DNA of 64,000 nt from an uncultured Leptospira sp. (GTDB lineage: Bacteria; Spirochaetota; Leptospiria; Leptospirales; Leptospiraceae). Both the position numbers and the translations under genes were made by a program. Shown one piece after another: positions 1 through 12,963 of this stretch (within the stretch, counting starts at the first letter, position 1; every line of letters begins with the position of its first letter). Location of the stretch: the NCBI GenBank assembly GCA_964571605.1, contig CAZNCS010000001.1, positions 4,098 to 68,097 on the forward strand, read 5' to 3'. The notes below the pieces were generated by a model. The model worked only from the letters and a program-made list of their open reading frames with translations, did no database searches and had not been told where the DNA came from.

Positions 1-1
1 C

Positions 2-457
2 CACGAACAATTGTATCAGAACGAAGATCTCGCTCGGATGGATTTTGGGGAATATTTGGACAGTTTAGTCACTAATTTATTGCGAACTTACAGAATAAAC
101 ACTAAGATTGATTATGAGGTAAGCGCAGATCCCGTACATTTAAGCCTAGATTCCGCGATCCATTGTGGTCTCATCGTAACGGAATTGGTTACGAATTCTT
201 TAAAATACGGATTTAATGATAGGGAGAACGGTAAAATTACAGTTTCTATTCGGATTTCCGATGAGGATTATATTTTATCGGTGGAGGACGACGGAGTCGG
301 ATTTTCGGAAGATTTTGACTATAGACAATCCGACACCTTAGGTTTACAATTAGTGAATACTCTCTCAGAACAAATCGGTGGTACCTTGGACTTCGATGGG
401 GAACATGGAACTAAATTTATATTGACCTTTAAAGAAAGGAGTCGTGTTCGAAGATGA
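2..457 (+). CDS. Sensor histidine kinase, HisKA_2/HWE type, C-terminal part (truncated by window start)
   Basis: Frame is open from base 2 (HEQLYQNEDL); HATPase motifs ELVTNSLKYG, DDGVG and TLGLQLV. Confidence 0.85.
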   Translation, partial: HEQLYQNEDLARMDFGEYLDSLVTNLLRTYRINTKIDYEVSADPVHLSLDSAIHCGLIVTELVTNSLKYGFNDRENGKITVSIRISDEDYILSVEDDGVGFSEDFDYRQSDTLGLQLVNTLSEQIGGTLDFDGEHGTKFILTFKERSRVRR

Positions 458-912
458 ATGTAAATTCGACAAGAATTCTAGTCGTGGAAGATGAGAATAT
501 CGTAGCGAAAGATATCCGTTCCCAATTGAACCAAATCGGTTATACATCCGTACAAATTGCGAATACGGGAGAAGAAGCGTTAATAAAAGTAGAGGAGCAA
601 GCTCCGGATCTATTACTTCTTGATATTATGTTATCGCGGGGAACTTTAGATGGTATAGAAACTGCGATCCTCGTAAATGAAAAAGCGGATATTCCCATCA
701 TTTATTTAACTGCATATGCAAACGATTCTTCTTGGATTCGTACTAAAGTTACGAGACCTTACGGCTATATATTGAAACCGTTTCAAATCCTGGATCTAAA
801 AATCGCAATAGAATTCGCATTAAATAATCATACTTTGGAAAAAAGACGAAAAAGGAATAGAACTGTACTTTCCGCAATCCTGAATCCTGACTGCGCGATA
901 CTCAAACTTTAA
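454..912 (+). CDS. Response regulator receiver protein (possibly a truncated REC-PAS paralog)
   Basis: ILVVEDE, LLLDIML and KPF motifs; ATGA overlap with the kinase. Confidence 0.85.
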   Translation: MNVNSTRILVVEDENIVAKDIRSQLNQIGYTSVQIANTGEEALIKVEEQAPDLLLLDIMLSRGTLDGIETAILVNEKADIPIIYLTAYANDSSWIRTKVTRPYGYILKPFQILDLKIAIEFALNNHTLEKRRKRNRTVLSAILNPDCAILKL

Positions 913-1004
913 AGGATAACAAGTATGGATAGATTACAATTTTATTTTGGAAAAAATTTATCCAACAACTGTTCAGTAGATACGAATGAAACACAGGTGT
1001 TCGG

Positions 1005-1769
1005 ATGGCGATTGCAAAAATATTAATAGTCGAGGACGAAGGCTTAGTGGCCCAGGACATCAGACATCGTCTGATTCAAATGGGCTATCCGTCTCCGGAG
1101 ATCGCTTCCACAGGGGAGGACGCGGTAGAAATAGCCGCAAGGGTCTATCCTGATTTAATTTTAATGGATATCATTTTATCCAAAGGGTATTTGGACGGAG
1201 TAGAGGCTGCTGAACAAATACGGAAATTTCTGAATGTTCCGATTATTTATTTAACCGCGTCATCCGACGCCGTGACGTTGAGCCGGGCAAAATCCACCGA
1301 ACCGAACGGTTATATACTAAAACCTTTTCAAACTCGAGAGCTCCAAATCGCCATAGAACTAACATTATACAAATATAAGGTCGAACAAGAGGTCCAGGAA
1401 CAGGACCGTTTATTATTCGAAACCTTGAAAGGAATGGACGACGGAGTAATTGCTTCCGATGAATTCGGAATTATATTTTTTATGAACCCGTCCGCCGAAA
1501 AACTTACCGGATGGTTGGAACTTGATGCCTTAGGAAGGCATTTGGGCGAAGTTGTGGATATCAATGCGGTTCAATCGAAAGAAGAAGCGGATCATCCGAA
1601 CCTGTTGGAATTGAACTTAAATCATAAAATTCCATCTCACGGTCAGCTAGTGGCAAAAAACGGAATGGGAACCGAAGTAATTACCGCGAGTAAATCGGTG
1701 GTTCAAACCAGTGGATCAGAACAAATCGGAAATGTTCTGATGATTCGCAAATTTAAAAATCATAAATAG
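1005..1769 (+). CDS. Response regulator with REC and C-terminal PAS-like domain
   Basis: ILIVEDE, ILMDIIL, KPF; then DEFGIIFFMNPSAEKLTGW (PAS). Confidence 0.85.
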   Translation: MAIAKILIVEDEGLVAQDIRHRLIQMGYPSPEIASTGEDAVEIAARVYPDLILMDIILSKGYLDGVEAAEQIRKFLNVPIIYLTASSDAVTLSRAKSTEPNGYILKPFQTRELQIAIELTLYKYKVEQEVQEQDRLLFETLKGMDDGVIASDEFGIIFFMNPSAEKLTGWLELDALGRHLGEVVDINAVQSKEEADHPNLLELNLNHKIPSHGQLVAKNGMGTEVITASKSVVQTSGSEQIGNVLMIRKFKNHK

Positions 1770-1922
1770 ATTTTCTCTTATTTTTTTCGATCTCCCTAAC
1801 TTACGAGCGTTTTGAAATAAATTAACAAATGTTAATCATAAATCGACCAATCTTCTAAGTCTGAATCACTATAAGGTTCCGTAGATTTTTCCTATGGAAT
1901 CGTACCTTGCACGGAGATTCAT

Positions 1923-3926
1923 ATGAGAAGAACGAGTTTGAAGTTCATTTTGACCGCCTGGAGTCTGGGCATTCTTGTCGTGCTTACGGGATTGATAGCA
2001 GGCACGGCATATTATCTGGGTAGCGCTAAAATTACCGACCATTACCAGGATCAAATGAAAACCGTTGTAAGAATTGTAGGCGCGGACTTTGATAATTACC
2101 TAAGTTCCCACGCGAATATGGCCGAGACATTGGCCTCAGACGAACGTTCCATACAATCCGTTCGAACCGGGAGGCCTATTGCAAGTCCACTATATCATGA
2201 AATTTTCAAACGTTATGAAGTATATGAAAACGTTTTCGTGTACAGCGCCAAAGAAGGTGCATTGGTGGTGGCCGATTCTTTGGAAGGTAAAACCATCGGA
2301 TACGGAAGAACTCCCGAGCAAAAAGAGGATTTGGAGAATTTTTTAAAAGCGGTTCGAGCCGAAAGGGTTTCTATTAGTAAGGCCAAAAAATCTCCGATCA
2401 CAGGACATACGGTAGTCGTTCTTTCCAGTGCAGTTAAAGAGAAGGGCGAAATTATAGGTGTTTTATGCATTGCATTGTCCTTGGATTCCATTTCGGATCA
2501 ATTGATTGCAAACGCACAATTGGGAAAAGAAGGATATGTATCCGTGGTGGAGCAGGAAGGTAGGATTATCGCTCATAAAAAGAAAGAATTGATTTTGAAT
2601 ATGGACATTTCCAAACAAAGTTTTGGAAGCCGACTCATGTCTTTGAAAGACGGGGAAATTTTGAAATTTTTCTTTTTGGATCAGAATCGTTTAGCTACTA
2701 GTAAACGTTTGGACCGCTGGAAATTGAACGTAGTTGCTATCCAACCATTCGGTGAAATTTCGGAAACTTTGAATGAGTTAATTCTGGGAATTTTAGGAAT
2801 GTCCGTATTGATCGCTTCTGTTTCGGGAGTTCTTTTATACAGATTATTAAAAAAACGCTTAGGCCCGTTGGAATCCGTAAGTCATACGTTTCGGGAAATG
2901 TCCGAAGGGGATCTTACAAAAAAAGTAGAATCCAAATACGAAGATGAAATCGGAATCATAAGCGTTGACATGAATTCGTTTATTAAAACCCTTTCCGGGT
3001 CCATTCAAAACGTTCAGAATATATCGATGGATCTAGCGACTTCCGCAAATCAGCTCAGTTCTTCTTCGCAGTCATTTGCAACAATCGCTCAATCCACCGC
3101 GGCGTCCTCGGAACAAATGTCCGCGACCACGGAAGAAATGATGGCAGGGATGGAAAATATCGCGGATAAAGTAGGAAACCAATACAGAAATATTAACGAG
3201 TTCCATTCTAAAATTAAAGATCTTTCAAGGGGAGTTAGAGGAATCGGTTCTGAAATCCAAAACACATTACAAAGAGCGACAACAATCTCCGATCACGCTA
3301 AAAAGGGAGAAGAGTCTTTGAATTCTATGAGCACAATGCTCGGGAATATATTAAAATCTTCGAATCAGATGTCCGATATCATTCAGATTATCACTGAAAT
3401 TTCGGACCAAACTCAACTTCTATCATTGAATGCCTCGATTGAAGCCGCAAGAGCCGGCGGAGCTGGTAAAGGTTTTGCGGTTGTTGCGGATGAAATATCA
3501 AAACTATCCGAAAAGACCGCTTCTTCCATCAAATCGATCTCTCATATGATCGGCCAAAATAAGTCCCAATTGGATATAGGAGTGGGGGGAGTACAATCAT
3601 CCGTGGAAACGATTCGAAATATCGTAACGAATGTGGATGCGGTGGCTGAAGCGATGAAATATCTTTCTGGCATTACGGATACACAAGAAATATTGAATAC
3701 GGATGTGGACCGCCAATCGGATAAAATCGGAGCCGAGGCCGAATCCGTAAAATTAGCCATAGAAGAGCAAAAAAGAGCCGTCCGGGAAATAACGGAGGTA
3801 ATCGGCCGCCTAAACGAGGAGGCATTGGGGACCGCTTCCAGTTCGGAAGAAGTATCGGCGACATCGGTAAGTCTATCTGCGAACGCCGAATTATTAAAAA
3901 ACATAACAAATCAATTTAAGATATAA
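1923..3926 (+). CDS. Methyl-accepting chemotaxis protein (Cache, HAMP and MCP signal domains)
   Basis: Two TM segments; HAMP EDEIG; signalling motif QTQLLSLNASIEAARAGGAGKGFAVVADEISKL. Confidence 0.95.
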   Translation: MRRTSLKFILTAWSLGILVVLTGLIAGTAYYLGSAKITDHYQDQMKTVVRIVGADFDNYLSSHANMAETLASDERSIQSVRTGRPIASPLYHEIFKRYEVYENVFVYSAKEGALVVADSLEGKTIGYGRTPEQKEDLENFLKAVRAERVSISKAKKSPITGHTVVVLSSAVKEKGEIIGVLCIALSLDSISDQLIANAQLGKEGYVSVVEQEGRIIAHKKKELILNMDISKQSFGSRLMSLKDGEILKFFFLDQNRLATSKRLDRWKLNVVAIQPFGEISETLNELILGILGMSVLIASVSGVLLYRLLKKRLGPLESVSHTFREMSEGDLTKKVESKYEDEIGIISVDMNSFIKTLSGSIQNVQNISMDLATSANQLSSSSQSFATIAQSTAASSEQMSATTEEMMAGMENIADKVGNQYRNINEFHSKIKDLSRGVRGIGSEIQNTLQRATTISDHAKKGEESLNSMSTMLGNILKSSNQMSDIIQIITEISDQTQLLSLNASIEAARAGGAGKGFAVVADEISKLSEKTASSIKSISHMIGQNKSQLDIGVGGVQSSVETIRNIVTNVDAVAEAMKYLSGITDTQEILNTDVDRQSDKIGAEAESVKLAIEEQKRAVREITEVIGRLNEEALGTASSSEEVSATSVSLSANAELLKNITNQFKI

Positions 3927-4003
3927 GAGCTTGCCCCAAAAGGTCCAAGCTTTTGAGGCCTGAGGTTATATTCTCTGTGCAGACCTAAGTTTTGGGACAG
4001 ACT
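3927..4003. repeat. Degenerate inverted-repeat element (MITE/REP-like)
   Basis: Left GAGCTTGCCCCAAAA..GGTC and right GACC..TTTTGGGACAGACT are imperfect inverted repeats directly after the MCP stop. Confidence 0.3.
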
Positions 4004-4147
4004 ATAAATTTTTGCCAAATCTGCCATGAGTTTCGACATATAATAACCGGTCGTTCTTAGAACAAATCTAACTTAAGTCTCAAACAAGAACAACTCTTGC
4101 ATTTCGGACAAACAGTTTATGATACGTCGAAAACGAGCAGGCCGGGC

Positions 4148-4741
4148 ATGTCCGAACTACCCATCATAGAATATGTAAAAAAGAGAATTCCGGGCCTGGA
4201 AGAAAATTGGCATAAATACAAACATATGCTTCAGGAAAAAACAGTTCCTGCAAAGACCATTCTTATCACGAAAGGGCAACACACCAAAGATATTTTTATC
4301 GTTAGAAAAGGTTGCCTCCGTTTATGTTTCGACGATGAAGGTAAAGATATAACGATGGCCTTCTTTTTCGAAAACCGCGCAGTCACTTCACTTCATACTT
4401 ACAGAGGTACCGTTAAGACCAGTAAATTATCCATCGAGAGCATAGAACCCACCGATTTGTATATTATAAAAGAAGAAGATGCTCTCAAACTCTACCAGGA
4501 AATGGAAGAAGTGAAGGAATATCTTTTGGAATACGTGATGGAACGTTTTGACGCTTATCTTACTTTATTTCTTTCCCGAATCAAAGATAGTCCCGAAGAA
4601 AGATATTTGAATTTAATCAAAGAACAGCCGGATCTAATTAATCGAATCCCACAACATTATATCGCGTCTTATCTAGGAATCACTCCAGTGTCCTTAAGTA
4701 GGATTCGAAATCGTGTTTGGAAGGAACATAAACTAAAATAG
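4148..4741 (+). CDS. Crp/Fnr family transcriptional regulator
   Basis: cNMP-binding-like IVRKGCLR; HTH IPQHYIASYLGITPVSLSRIR; ATG 4148 preferred to TTG 4097. Confidence 0.85.
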   Translation: MSELPIIEYVKKRIPGLEENWHKYKHMLQEKTVPAKTILITKGQHTKDIFIVRKGCLRLCFDDEGKDITMAFFFENRAVTSLHTYRGTVKTSKLSIESIEPTDLYIIKEEDALKLYQEMEEVKEYLLEYVMERFDAYLTLFLSRIKDSPEERYLNLIKEQPDLINRIPQHYIASYLGITPVSLSRIRNRVWKEHKLK

Positions 4742-4745
4742 ATAT

Positions 4746-6242
4746 TTAGTCGATTTTGAAACGTACAGTGAATCGGGTTCCGATTCCTTCTTTACTATCC
4801 ACTTCTATTCTTCCGCCCAAAGTTTCTATTTGGTTCCGAGTGATAAAAAGTCCGATTCCGTGAGCGTCTTTGTTTCCATGAAACGTTTTATACATTCCGA
4901 AAATTTTAGACCCGTGTTTTTTTAAATCGATACCTTTACCGTTGTCTTCTATTTTAAAAACGACTTCGGATATTGTGGAATCGGCCTGGATTCGTATTTC
5001 GAGAACCCGACTTTGATCCCTGTACTTGATCGCGTTGGAAAGAAGATTGAGTAAAATGCTATCTAAATAAGCGGGAACATGAAGGACTTTTAATCCGTTC
5101 GGAATATTTACGAAAACCTTTGCATCTGAAGAGATAATATCCCTTTCTAAAATTTGTATCGTTTTTTCGACGACTGAATTCAAATCGATGTTTTCCTTTT
5201 CTATATTCGGATTGGTACGAATGGAAACGACGTCGTTTAAATGATGGATCGTTTCCATTAAACCCGCGGAGGACTTTTTTAAAAAGGAGATCAATTCCTC
5301 TTTTTCCGAATCCGTTTTTGCTTCTTCCATAAAAGAAAGAATCGATTCAATATTTCCAGAATGTGTTCTTAAATTATGGGAAACAATATGGGTAAAATTC
5401 GAAAGTCGATCGTTTTGTTCCGAAATTATATCCAAGGATCTTCTTAATTCCGCCTCATTCTCCTTTTTCCAAGTAATGTCTTTTATGAGGAAATACATAG
5501 CCCCTTCTTCGAATTCGGAAACATCACTTAAAGTGGCTTCGATCGGAAATTTGGAACCGTTCTCTCTTATGCCGGTCGGTTTTACGACGTTTTCCAGCAA
5601 ATTCGCTTTTTGGACGGAGTTCAGAGTGCAATTTTTCTGCTGTAAAAAAATCAATTTATAATATTCCGGAATCAAGGAAGAAAGTTTGATTCCGATCAAA
5701 TTTTCCTTTTTGTACCCGAATTGTTTTGCGGTTTCATTATTAACTAAAAGAATTTTTCCATCCGAATCTGCGACTATAATAGCGTGAGGAGTACATTCTA
5801 AAAGACCTCTAAATTTGGATTCGGAACGTTTTAATTCGGATTCCAATTCTTTAATAGAGCTGACATCGGCCGAGTGTACGAAAAAGCCGACTACATCTTC
5901 TCCGAAAAAATCGGGGCTATACGTAACTAAAGTTTGCCGGATTTCTCCTGAGGGCAGTTCAATATCGCGTTCGAATACTTGTTTTTTTCCCGAAAGGACT
6001 TCTTGTATATAAGGTAAATTTAATTCGTAGATAGGGCCCAATAACTCCGACAGGGTCAATCCGAGCATCTCTTCCCCCGATCTTCCAAACCAAAGATTAT
6101 AAGCGTCGTTTGCATATCTGCAGATTTGGTTTTTGTCCCAATAGGCAAGCATTGCAGTGGACTGATCGGCGACTTGCAAACCTATCTCCGGCTGTTTTTT
6201 AATGCCGGACAATACGCCGTTTTCTCCCATTTTTAAAAACAT
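4746..6242 (-). CDS. Cytoplasmic PAS-domain sensor histidine kinase
   Basis: Two PAS domains, H-box SHNLR, NLLSNAIKY, DNGKG, GIGLF. Confidence 0.9.
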   Translation of the reverse strand: MFLKMGENGVLSGIKKQPEIGLQVADQSTAMLAYWDKNQICRYANDAYNLWFGRSGEEMLGLTLSELLGPIYELNLPYIQEVLSGKKQVFERDIELPSGEIRQTLVTYSPDFFGEDVVGFFVHSADVSSIKELESELKRSESKFRGLLECTPHAIIVADSDGKILLVNNETAKQFGYKKENLIGIKLSSLIPEYYKLIFLQQKNCTLNSVQKANLLENVVKPTGIRENGSKFPIEATLSDVSEFEEGAMYFLIKDITWKKENEAELRRSLDIISEQNDRLSNFTHIVSHNLRTHSGNIESILSFMEEAKTDSEKEELISFLKKSSAGLMETIHHLNDVVSIRTNPNIEKENIDLNSVVEKTIQILERDIISSDAKVFVNIPNGLKVLHVPAYLDSILLNLLSNAIKYRDQSRVLEIRIQADSTISEVVFKIEDNGKGIDLKKHGSKIFGMYKTFHGNKDAHGIGLFITRNQIETLGGRIEVDSKEGIGTRFTVRFKID

Positions 6243-6262
6243 AAAAGTTCTCCCGTAAAAAT

Positions 6263-8260
<1,998 letters not shown>

Positions 8261-8517
8261 TGTTCCTCCTTTATTTCGCAGAACAATTCGCTTCTGTTTA
8301 TTTTGACAGGAGGATAGAGGGCATTACTCGTTAACCTTTGTTAATAAATTCTGTCTATCGTCCTAAGGTTTTAAAGAGCCGGATATCGAGGAAACAAATT
8401 AGGAAAAAGGGATAAGATCCATCTATTGATATAAAATGGGGGGAAAACTCTTATAATTGCTCGATTTCAACTTGAAAAAGAACGTTTAACGATTAAACCG
8501 TACGAACGGTAATTATT

Positions 8518-10845
8518 ATGCAACCTCCCGGTCCTCAAGATTCAGAAACGAAAGAAAACACGAACATTTTCGTATGTCCGATGCATCCTCAGATACGGGA
8601 GGGAAAACCGGGAAGATGTCCGATCTGTGGAATGAATTTAATTTCGGAAGAAGGAAAGGATCAAGAAAAATCGAATCACGAGAAACAAAAGCCGGATTCG
8701 AATTCTTTTAAGAAAGAGAGTTTGAATCTAAAATTGGAACAAAAAATCCAATATGTATGCCCGATGCATCCTCAGATACGCCAGGATCATCCGGGCGATT
8801 GTCCTATCTGCGGAATGATTCTGGTTCCTGAAAGCGGTTCGAGTATAGAGGACGAACACGAATTAAATTTGCTATTTAAGAAACTCGTTATATCCCTCGT
8901 TTTTTCCATTCCACTTCTTACTTTTGATATGGCCGAGATGTTTTTTCCCCCGCATCTTTCCATCGGAAGATTTGTTTGGTGGAACTGGGTTCAATTTATT
9001 TTTTCTTCGATAGTATTTTGGGGTTCGGGCTTTTTCCTGATTCGTAAAGGTATTCGATCATTTTTTCGTATGATATTGAATATGTATAGCCTTATCGTAA
9101 TAGGTGTAGGTGCGGCTTATCTATTTTCAATAGTAGCGCTTTTTTTACCGAATATTTTTCCTCTATCCGTAAAACCTCACGGACGGATTCCGATTTATTT
9201 TGAAGCTTCTGCCGTAATTCTTACCCTAGTAATATTAGGTGAGTATCTCCAGGCGCGGGCCCAAAGAAGAACAGGAGACGCAATCCAATCTCTGCTAGGT
9301 CTTTCTCCCAAAACGGCTCATCTTATCGTAAATGATTTGGAAACGGAAATCGATATCGATACAATTAAAATCGGAGATCGATTGCGAGTAAAACCAGGAG
9401 AAAAAATACCGGTCGATGGAAGAATTTTGGAAGGGGAGAGTTATATCGACGAATCTATGTTAACTGGAGAGCCTATTCCAGTGAAAAAAATTGCCCAAGA
9501 TCGTATATTCGGAGCGACTACAAACCAAACCGGAAGTTTTATTTTTGCGGCCGAAAAAGTGGGATCTGAAACTGTACTTTCCCAGATTGTGCATATGGTG
9601 CAAGAGGCGCAAAGGAGCCGGGCTCCCATCCAGGCATTAGCCGACAAAGTCGCAGGTATTTTTGTACCAATTGTGATACTAATTGCGATTATCACTTTCG
9701 GCCTTTGGTTTTATTACGGGCCTCCGGGCGAAAATATTTCTTATGCAATTTTGAATGCGTTATCCGTATTGATCATCGCTTGTCCCTGTGCCTTAGGTTT
9801 AGCGACTCCTATTTCCATTATGGTCGGAGTGGGAATCGGAGCTCAAAACGGCATATTGATTCGAAATGCCGAGGCGATTGAAAAAGCGGGAAGGGGGACG
9901 ATTCTTTTTACGGATAAGACAGGGACTTTAACGGAAGGACACCCGATGGTGACTGATATATTTTCGCTGCAGGATAAGGAAAAACTATTGAGCATTGCTT
10001 TTGGGTTAGAAGAAAAAAGTGAACATCCGATCGCTCGAGCTATCGTCAATGAGGCAAAAAATCTGCAAGTGTCGCTTCCGAATGTAACCGATTTTCTTTC
10101 GATTACGGGTAAAGGTGCGACCGGAAAGATTGAAAACCGTGAAGTCTATATCGGTAAGAGAGCCGGCTGGAATCCGAGCGAGGAGATTCCAGGGCTTCTT
10201 CTAAATCGGGAAAAGGAACTATTAACGGAAGGAAAAACAGTTGTGTGGGTCGGGGATAAGGACTCTTGGTTAGGAATTCTCGCTGTTACTGATCCGATTA
10301 AGAAGACCACATCGCTTGCAGTCTCCATTTTGCATTCATATGGAATTCGCATAATAATGCTTACGGGAGATTCTAAACAGGCGGCGGAGAAGATCGGAGA
10401 ACTTGTTGGGATACGAGAAATATTTTCGGAATTGAATCCGGAAGCCAAAAGGGATATAGTTCGAAATCATAAAATAAAGGGAGAAATCTCTTTGGTTGCG
10501 GGTGACGGAATAAACGATGCCCCTGCATTATCCGAAGCGGATGTGGGAATTGCGATGGGTTCGGGAACGGAAATTGCGATTCAAAGTGCAGGCATCACTC
10601 TATTAAAAGGAGATTTACTTGGAATTGCAAAAGCAATAACTTTAAGCAAAGCGACGGTAAAAAATATCAAGTTGAATTTGTTTTTCGCTTTTGCCTATAA
10701 TTTTCTCGGAATTCCGGTCGCTGCCGGTTTGCTATATCCATTTTTTGGAATCCTTCTCTCTCCGATGATTGCGGGTGCGGCCATGAGTTTGAGCTCGATC
10801 TCTGTCGTAGTCAATGCACTTCGTTTAAGAAAAATCAAACTATAG
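8518..10845 (+). CDS. copA: Copper-translocating P1B-type ATPase with two N-terminal CPMHP heavy-metal-binding repeats
   Basis: [27 protein letters not shown] and MSLSS; two CPMHP...CPICGM repeats. Confidence 0.9.
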   Translation: MQPPGPQDSETKENTNIFVCPMHPQIREGKPGRCPICGMNLISEEGKDQEKSNHEKQKPDSNSFKKESLNLKLEQKIQYVCPMHPQIRQDHPGDCPICGMILVPESGSSIEDEHELNLLFKKLVISLVFSIPLLTFDMAEMFFPPHLSIGRFVWWNWVQFIFSSIVFWGSGFFLIRKGIRSFFRMILNMYSLIVIGVGAAYLFSIVALFLPNIFPLSVKPHGRIPIYFEASAVILTLVILGEYLQARAQRRTGDAIQSLLGLSPKTAHLIVNDLETEIDIDTIKIGDRLRVKPGEKIPVDGRILEGESYIDESMLTGEPIPVKKIAQDRIFGATTNQTGSFIFAAEKVGSETVLSQIVHMVQEAQRSRAPIQALADKVAGIFVPIVILIAIITFGLWFYYGPPGENISYAILNALSVLIIACPCALGLATPISIMVGVGIGAQNGILIRNAEAIEKAGRGTILFTDKTGTLTEGHPMVTDIFSLQDKEKLLSIAFGLEEKSEHPIARAIVNEAKNLQVSLPNVTDFLSITGKGATGKIENREVYIGKRAGWNPSEEIPGLLLNREKELLTEGKTVVWVGDKDSWLGILAVTDPIKKTTSLAVSILHSYGIRIIMLTGDSKQAAEKIGELVGIREIFSELNPEAKRDIVRNHKIKGEISLVAGDGINDAPALSEADVGIAMGSGTEIAIQSAGITLLKGDLLGIAKAITLSKATVKNIKLNLFFAFAYNFLGIPVAAGLLYPFFGILLSPMIAGAAMSLSSISVVVNALRLRKIKL
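8572..8780 (+). repeat. Internal duplication encoding the two CPMHP domains
   Basis: GTATG(T/C)CCGATGCATCCTCAGATACG at 8572-8597 and 8755-8780, 25/26 identical. Confidence 0.85.
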
Positions 10846-11006
10846 AGAATATTCCTCGGTAAAAGATTAAAATCGAATCGTAAATTCCGAAAACTTTTTT
10901 CTTAGCTTTAGATTTACCGTTGGGCATTTTGTCCGAAAAAATACGAACGCCGACGATTCTAAAAAAGTCGGCATTCTTTGCCCGAGTGAGTTTGTTTATC
11001 TTCCTC

Positions 11007-12824
11007 TTATAGGGAAGCGGAGACCATAAGGTAGAAAAATTTAGAAGTGCCGTCGAATGTGTATCTGTCTGTCGGATTACTTGCTAATGGATTATTTCTT
11101 TCGTTTGCGATTGCGTCCTGGGCTTTTACGATCGAGAATCCGGACCAAATGGATAGGTTTTCGGAATAATTGTAAATCCAGGTGAGGTCGTATTGGAAAA
11201 ATAATCTACGACCCAATCTACTATTATCAATAGAGAATCGATCGTTCGAATAGTTTTCCGTACTGCCGCCTGTATTTGCGACTCCCGAAACTTTATACCA
11301 AGCATCCTGCAAGGTCGCTTTTTGGGTATCGTAAACTGCGAATATAAATGTTCCGTAGTTTTCCGTTTTGATATTGATCCGAGTCGAGTATGTTTTGATA
11401 TTTTCGAAACCCGCGATTAAAGACTGACCGTTCATTACGTTCCAGTTCGGAAAAGAGCCAGCTATTTGCGGGAAAAGACTTTGCCAAGTCCCGACTTTTG
11501 CGTCGGTTCTGTTCGGATCACCGGATGCGTACGTATACCCGAGTCCCAACCGAACATTATCAAAAATCTTAATACCGGTATCGATTGCGAGTAGGCGAGT
11601 ATCATACTCCACTCTTTGTGTATAAATATTTTTTCCGTTCGGAGCTTTTTGGTCCAATTGGTCCCAATCTGCTTTTACTCTTTCGCCGTTAAAACCCGAT
11701 TGCCAAGCAGATTCGACCGTCCAATCCCAGATTTTACCTGCTCCCAAATTTCCGTTATTCGTTCTATTTGTAAGACGAAGTCCGGTCGTGAGCAGATTAT
11801 CTCTTTGTTTGATTCGATCGTCCATATCGGTTTGGACTGCGACAGGGATCCATTTTTTGAAAACTCCAAACTCGTATAGATCAAGATGTAATTCTTCCCC
11901 GAATTTGATAGTATTATAGGTTCCAGCAAAATATGCCTGGTCGATAGAACCTTTGGATCTTCCATTACTCGTTGTCAGACCGTAGGGAGCGTCGTACTGG
12001 TCAGATAAAATCGTTCCAAATGTCTGGGACTTAAACCATTTAGAATCATGCACAAAACGAATTCCGTCGAACGCAAATCCTGTATTTAACCAGTTTAGAG
12101 GTCCTACAATTCGCAAATCTCCGAATGCGAATACCTGTCTGCCTATCATGATTGAAATCGGAAGTTTATCACTTTTTTTTAATGTGATAAAGGCCTCTCT
12201 GATGTCTGTATTGTTTCTTACATTCGTATTCGTAGTGGAACTTGGGCCCGTAGTCGTTCCCGAGCCGGTTGTCAGGCCATAGGACCAATTGCCCGCGTTT
12301 TGAGGAGTTTGGCTTCCCCCCCAAAGTCTGGAGTCTTGGACGGTGACTTTGATCGCAAAGTAGGGGGAAGGGTCGATTAAGAACCAGAGTTGAGTGTTTT
12401 GTCCTACGAAAGAAGTGTAATCGTCCGTCTTTTTATTGAAGTCCGCATTTTCTCTGGATTCGTATCGTGGTCGTACTGCGAATCCCATTTTTAAATTATC
12501 CACCCATAGAAGATTCGATTTCTGGGTTTCTTTCATTTGTTCGGGTGTGACGAGTAGGGTTCTGAGATAATCTACAGGTATATCACCTTTCCAAGGAGTT
12601 ACATATTTCGTATCTTCCGCTTTCTTTTTTGTTTCAGCGTTTTCCGTCTTAATTGGTTCAGATTGAGTCGTTTTAGTTGTCTGAGTTTCCTTGGGAGGCT
12701 CTACGTTTGTCTGAGGAGGGACCTGGGACTGTAACGAGCTATGAATCATAAAACTAATGAGCAGCACCAAGACTATTTTGAGAAACGTGTCCCAATGAAA
12801 ACGATCCAGAGTTGTGTATTTCAT
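11007..12824 (-). CDS. Alginate-export family outer-membrane beta-barrel protein
   Basis: Signal peptide, low-complexity linker, RPRYESRENADF, GRQVFAFGD, C-terminal FFYLMVSASL strand; family recognised from memory. Confidence 0.7.
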   Translation of the reverse strand: MKYTTLDRFHWDTFLKIVLVLLISFMIHSSLQSQVPPQTNVEPPKETQTTKTTQSEPIKTENAETKKKAEDTKYVTPWKGDIPVDYLRTLLVTPEQMKETQKSNLLWVDNLKMGFAVRPRYESRENADFNKKTDDYTSFVGQNTQLWFLIDPSPYFAIKVTVQDSRLWGGSQTPQNAGNWSYGLTTGSGTTTGPSSTTNTNVRNNTDIREAFITLKKSDKLPISIMIGRQVFAFGDLRIVGPLNWLNTGFAFDGIRFVHDSKWFKSQTFGTILSDQYDAPYGLTTSNGRSKGSIDQAYFAGTYNTIKFGEELHLDLYEFGVFKKWIPVAVQTDMDDRIKQRDNLLTTGLRLTNRTNNGNLGAGKIWDWTVESAWQSGFNGERVKADWDQLDQKAPNGKNIYTQRVEYDTRLLAIDTGIKIFDNVRLGLGYTYASGDPNRTDAKVGTWQSLFPQIAGSFPNWNVMNGQSLIAGFENIKTYSTRINIKTENYGTFIFAVYDTQKATLQDAWYKVSGVANTGGSTENYSNDRFSIDNSRLGRRLFFQYDLTWIYNYSENLSIWSGFSIVKAQDAIANERNNPLASNPTDRYTFDGTSKFFYLMVSASL

Positions 12825-12942
12825 ATTAGCGATTTTCCTTAATCGAACTATAGCAATAAGTGTACCAATATGATTAATAAAATTATGATTGGAGCAAATG
12901 GCCCCTTCTTCCGCTTTGTTAAGCGAAGAGGGTTTGAATTTT

Positions 12943-12963
12943 TTTTATGGTATGACCATAAAA
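12943..12963. promoter_or_regulatory. 9-3-9 dyad, candidate operator upstream of the porin
   Basis: TTTTATGGT-ATG-ACCATAAAA with perfect arms. Confidence 0.4.

Noticed and set aside
900-1004. Frameshift or readthrough restoring a PAS domain to the first receiver
   Set aside because: All three frames stop early and none gives a convincing PAS sequence
1821-1836. ATTAAC-AAAT-GTTAAT dyad upstream of the MCP gene
   Set aside because: Short, AT-only and a single copy
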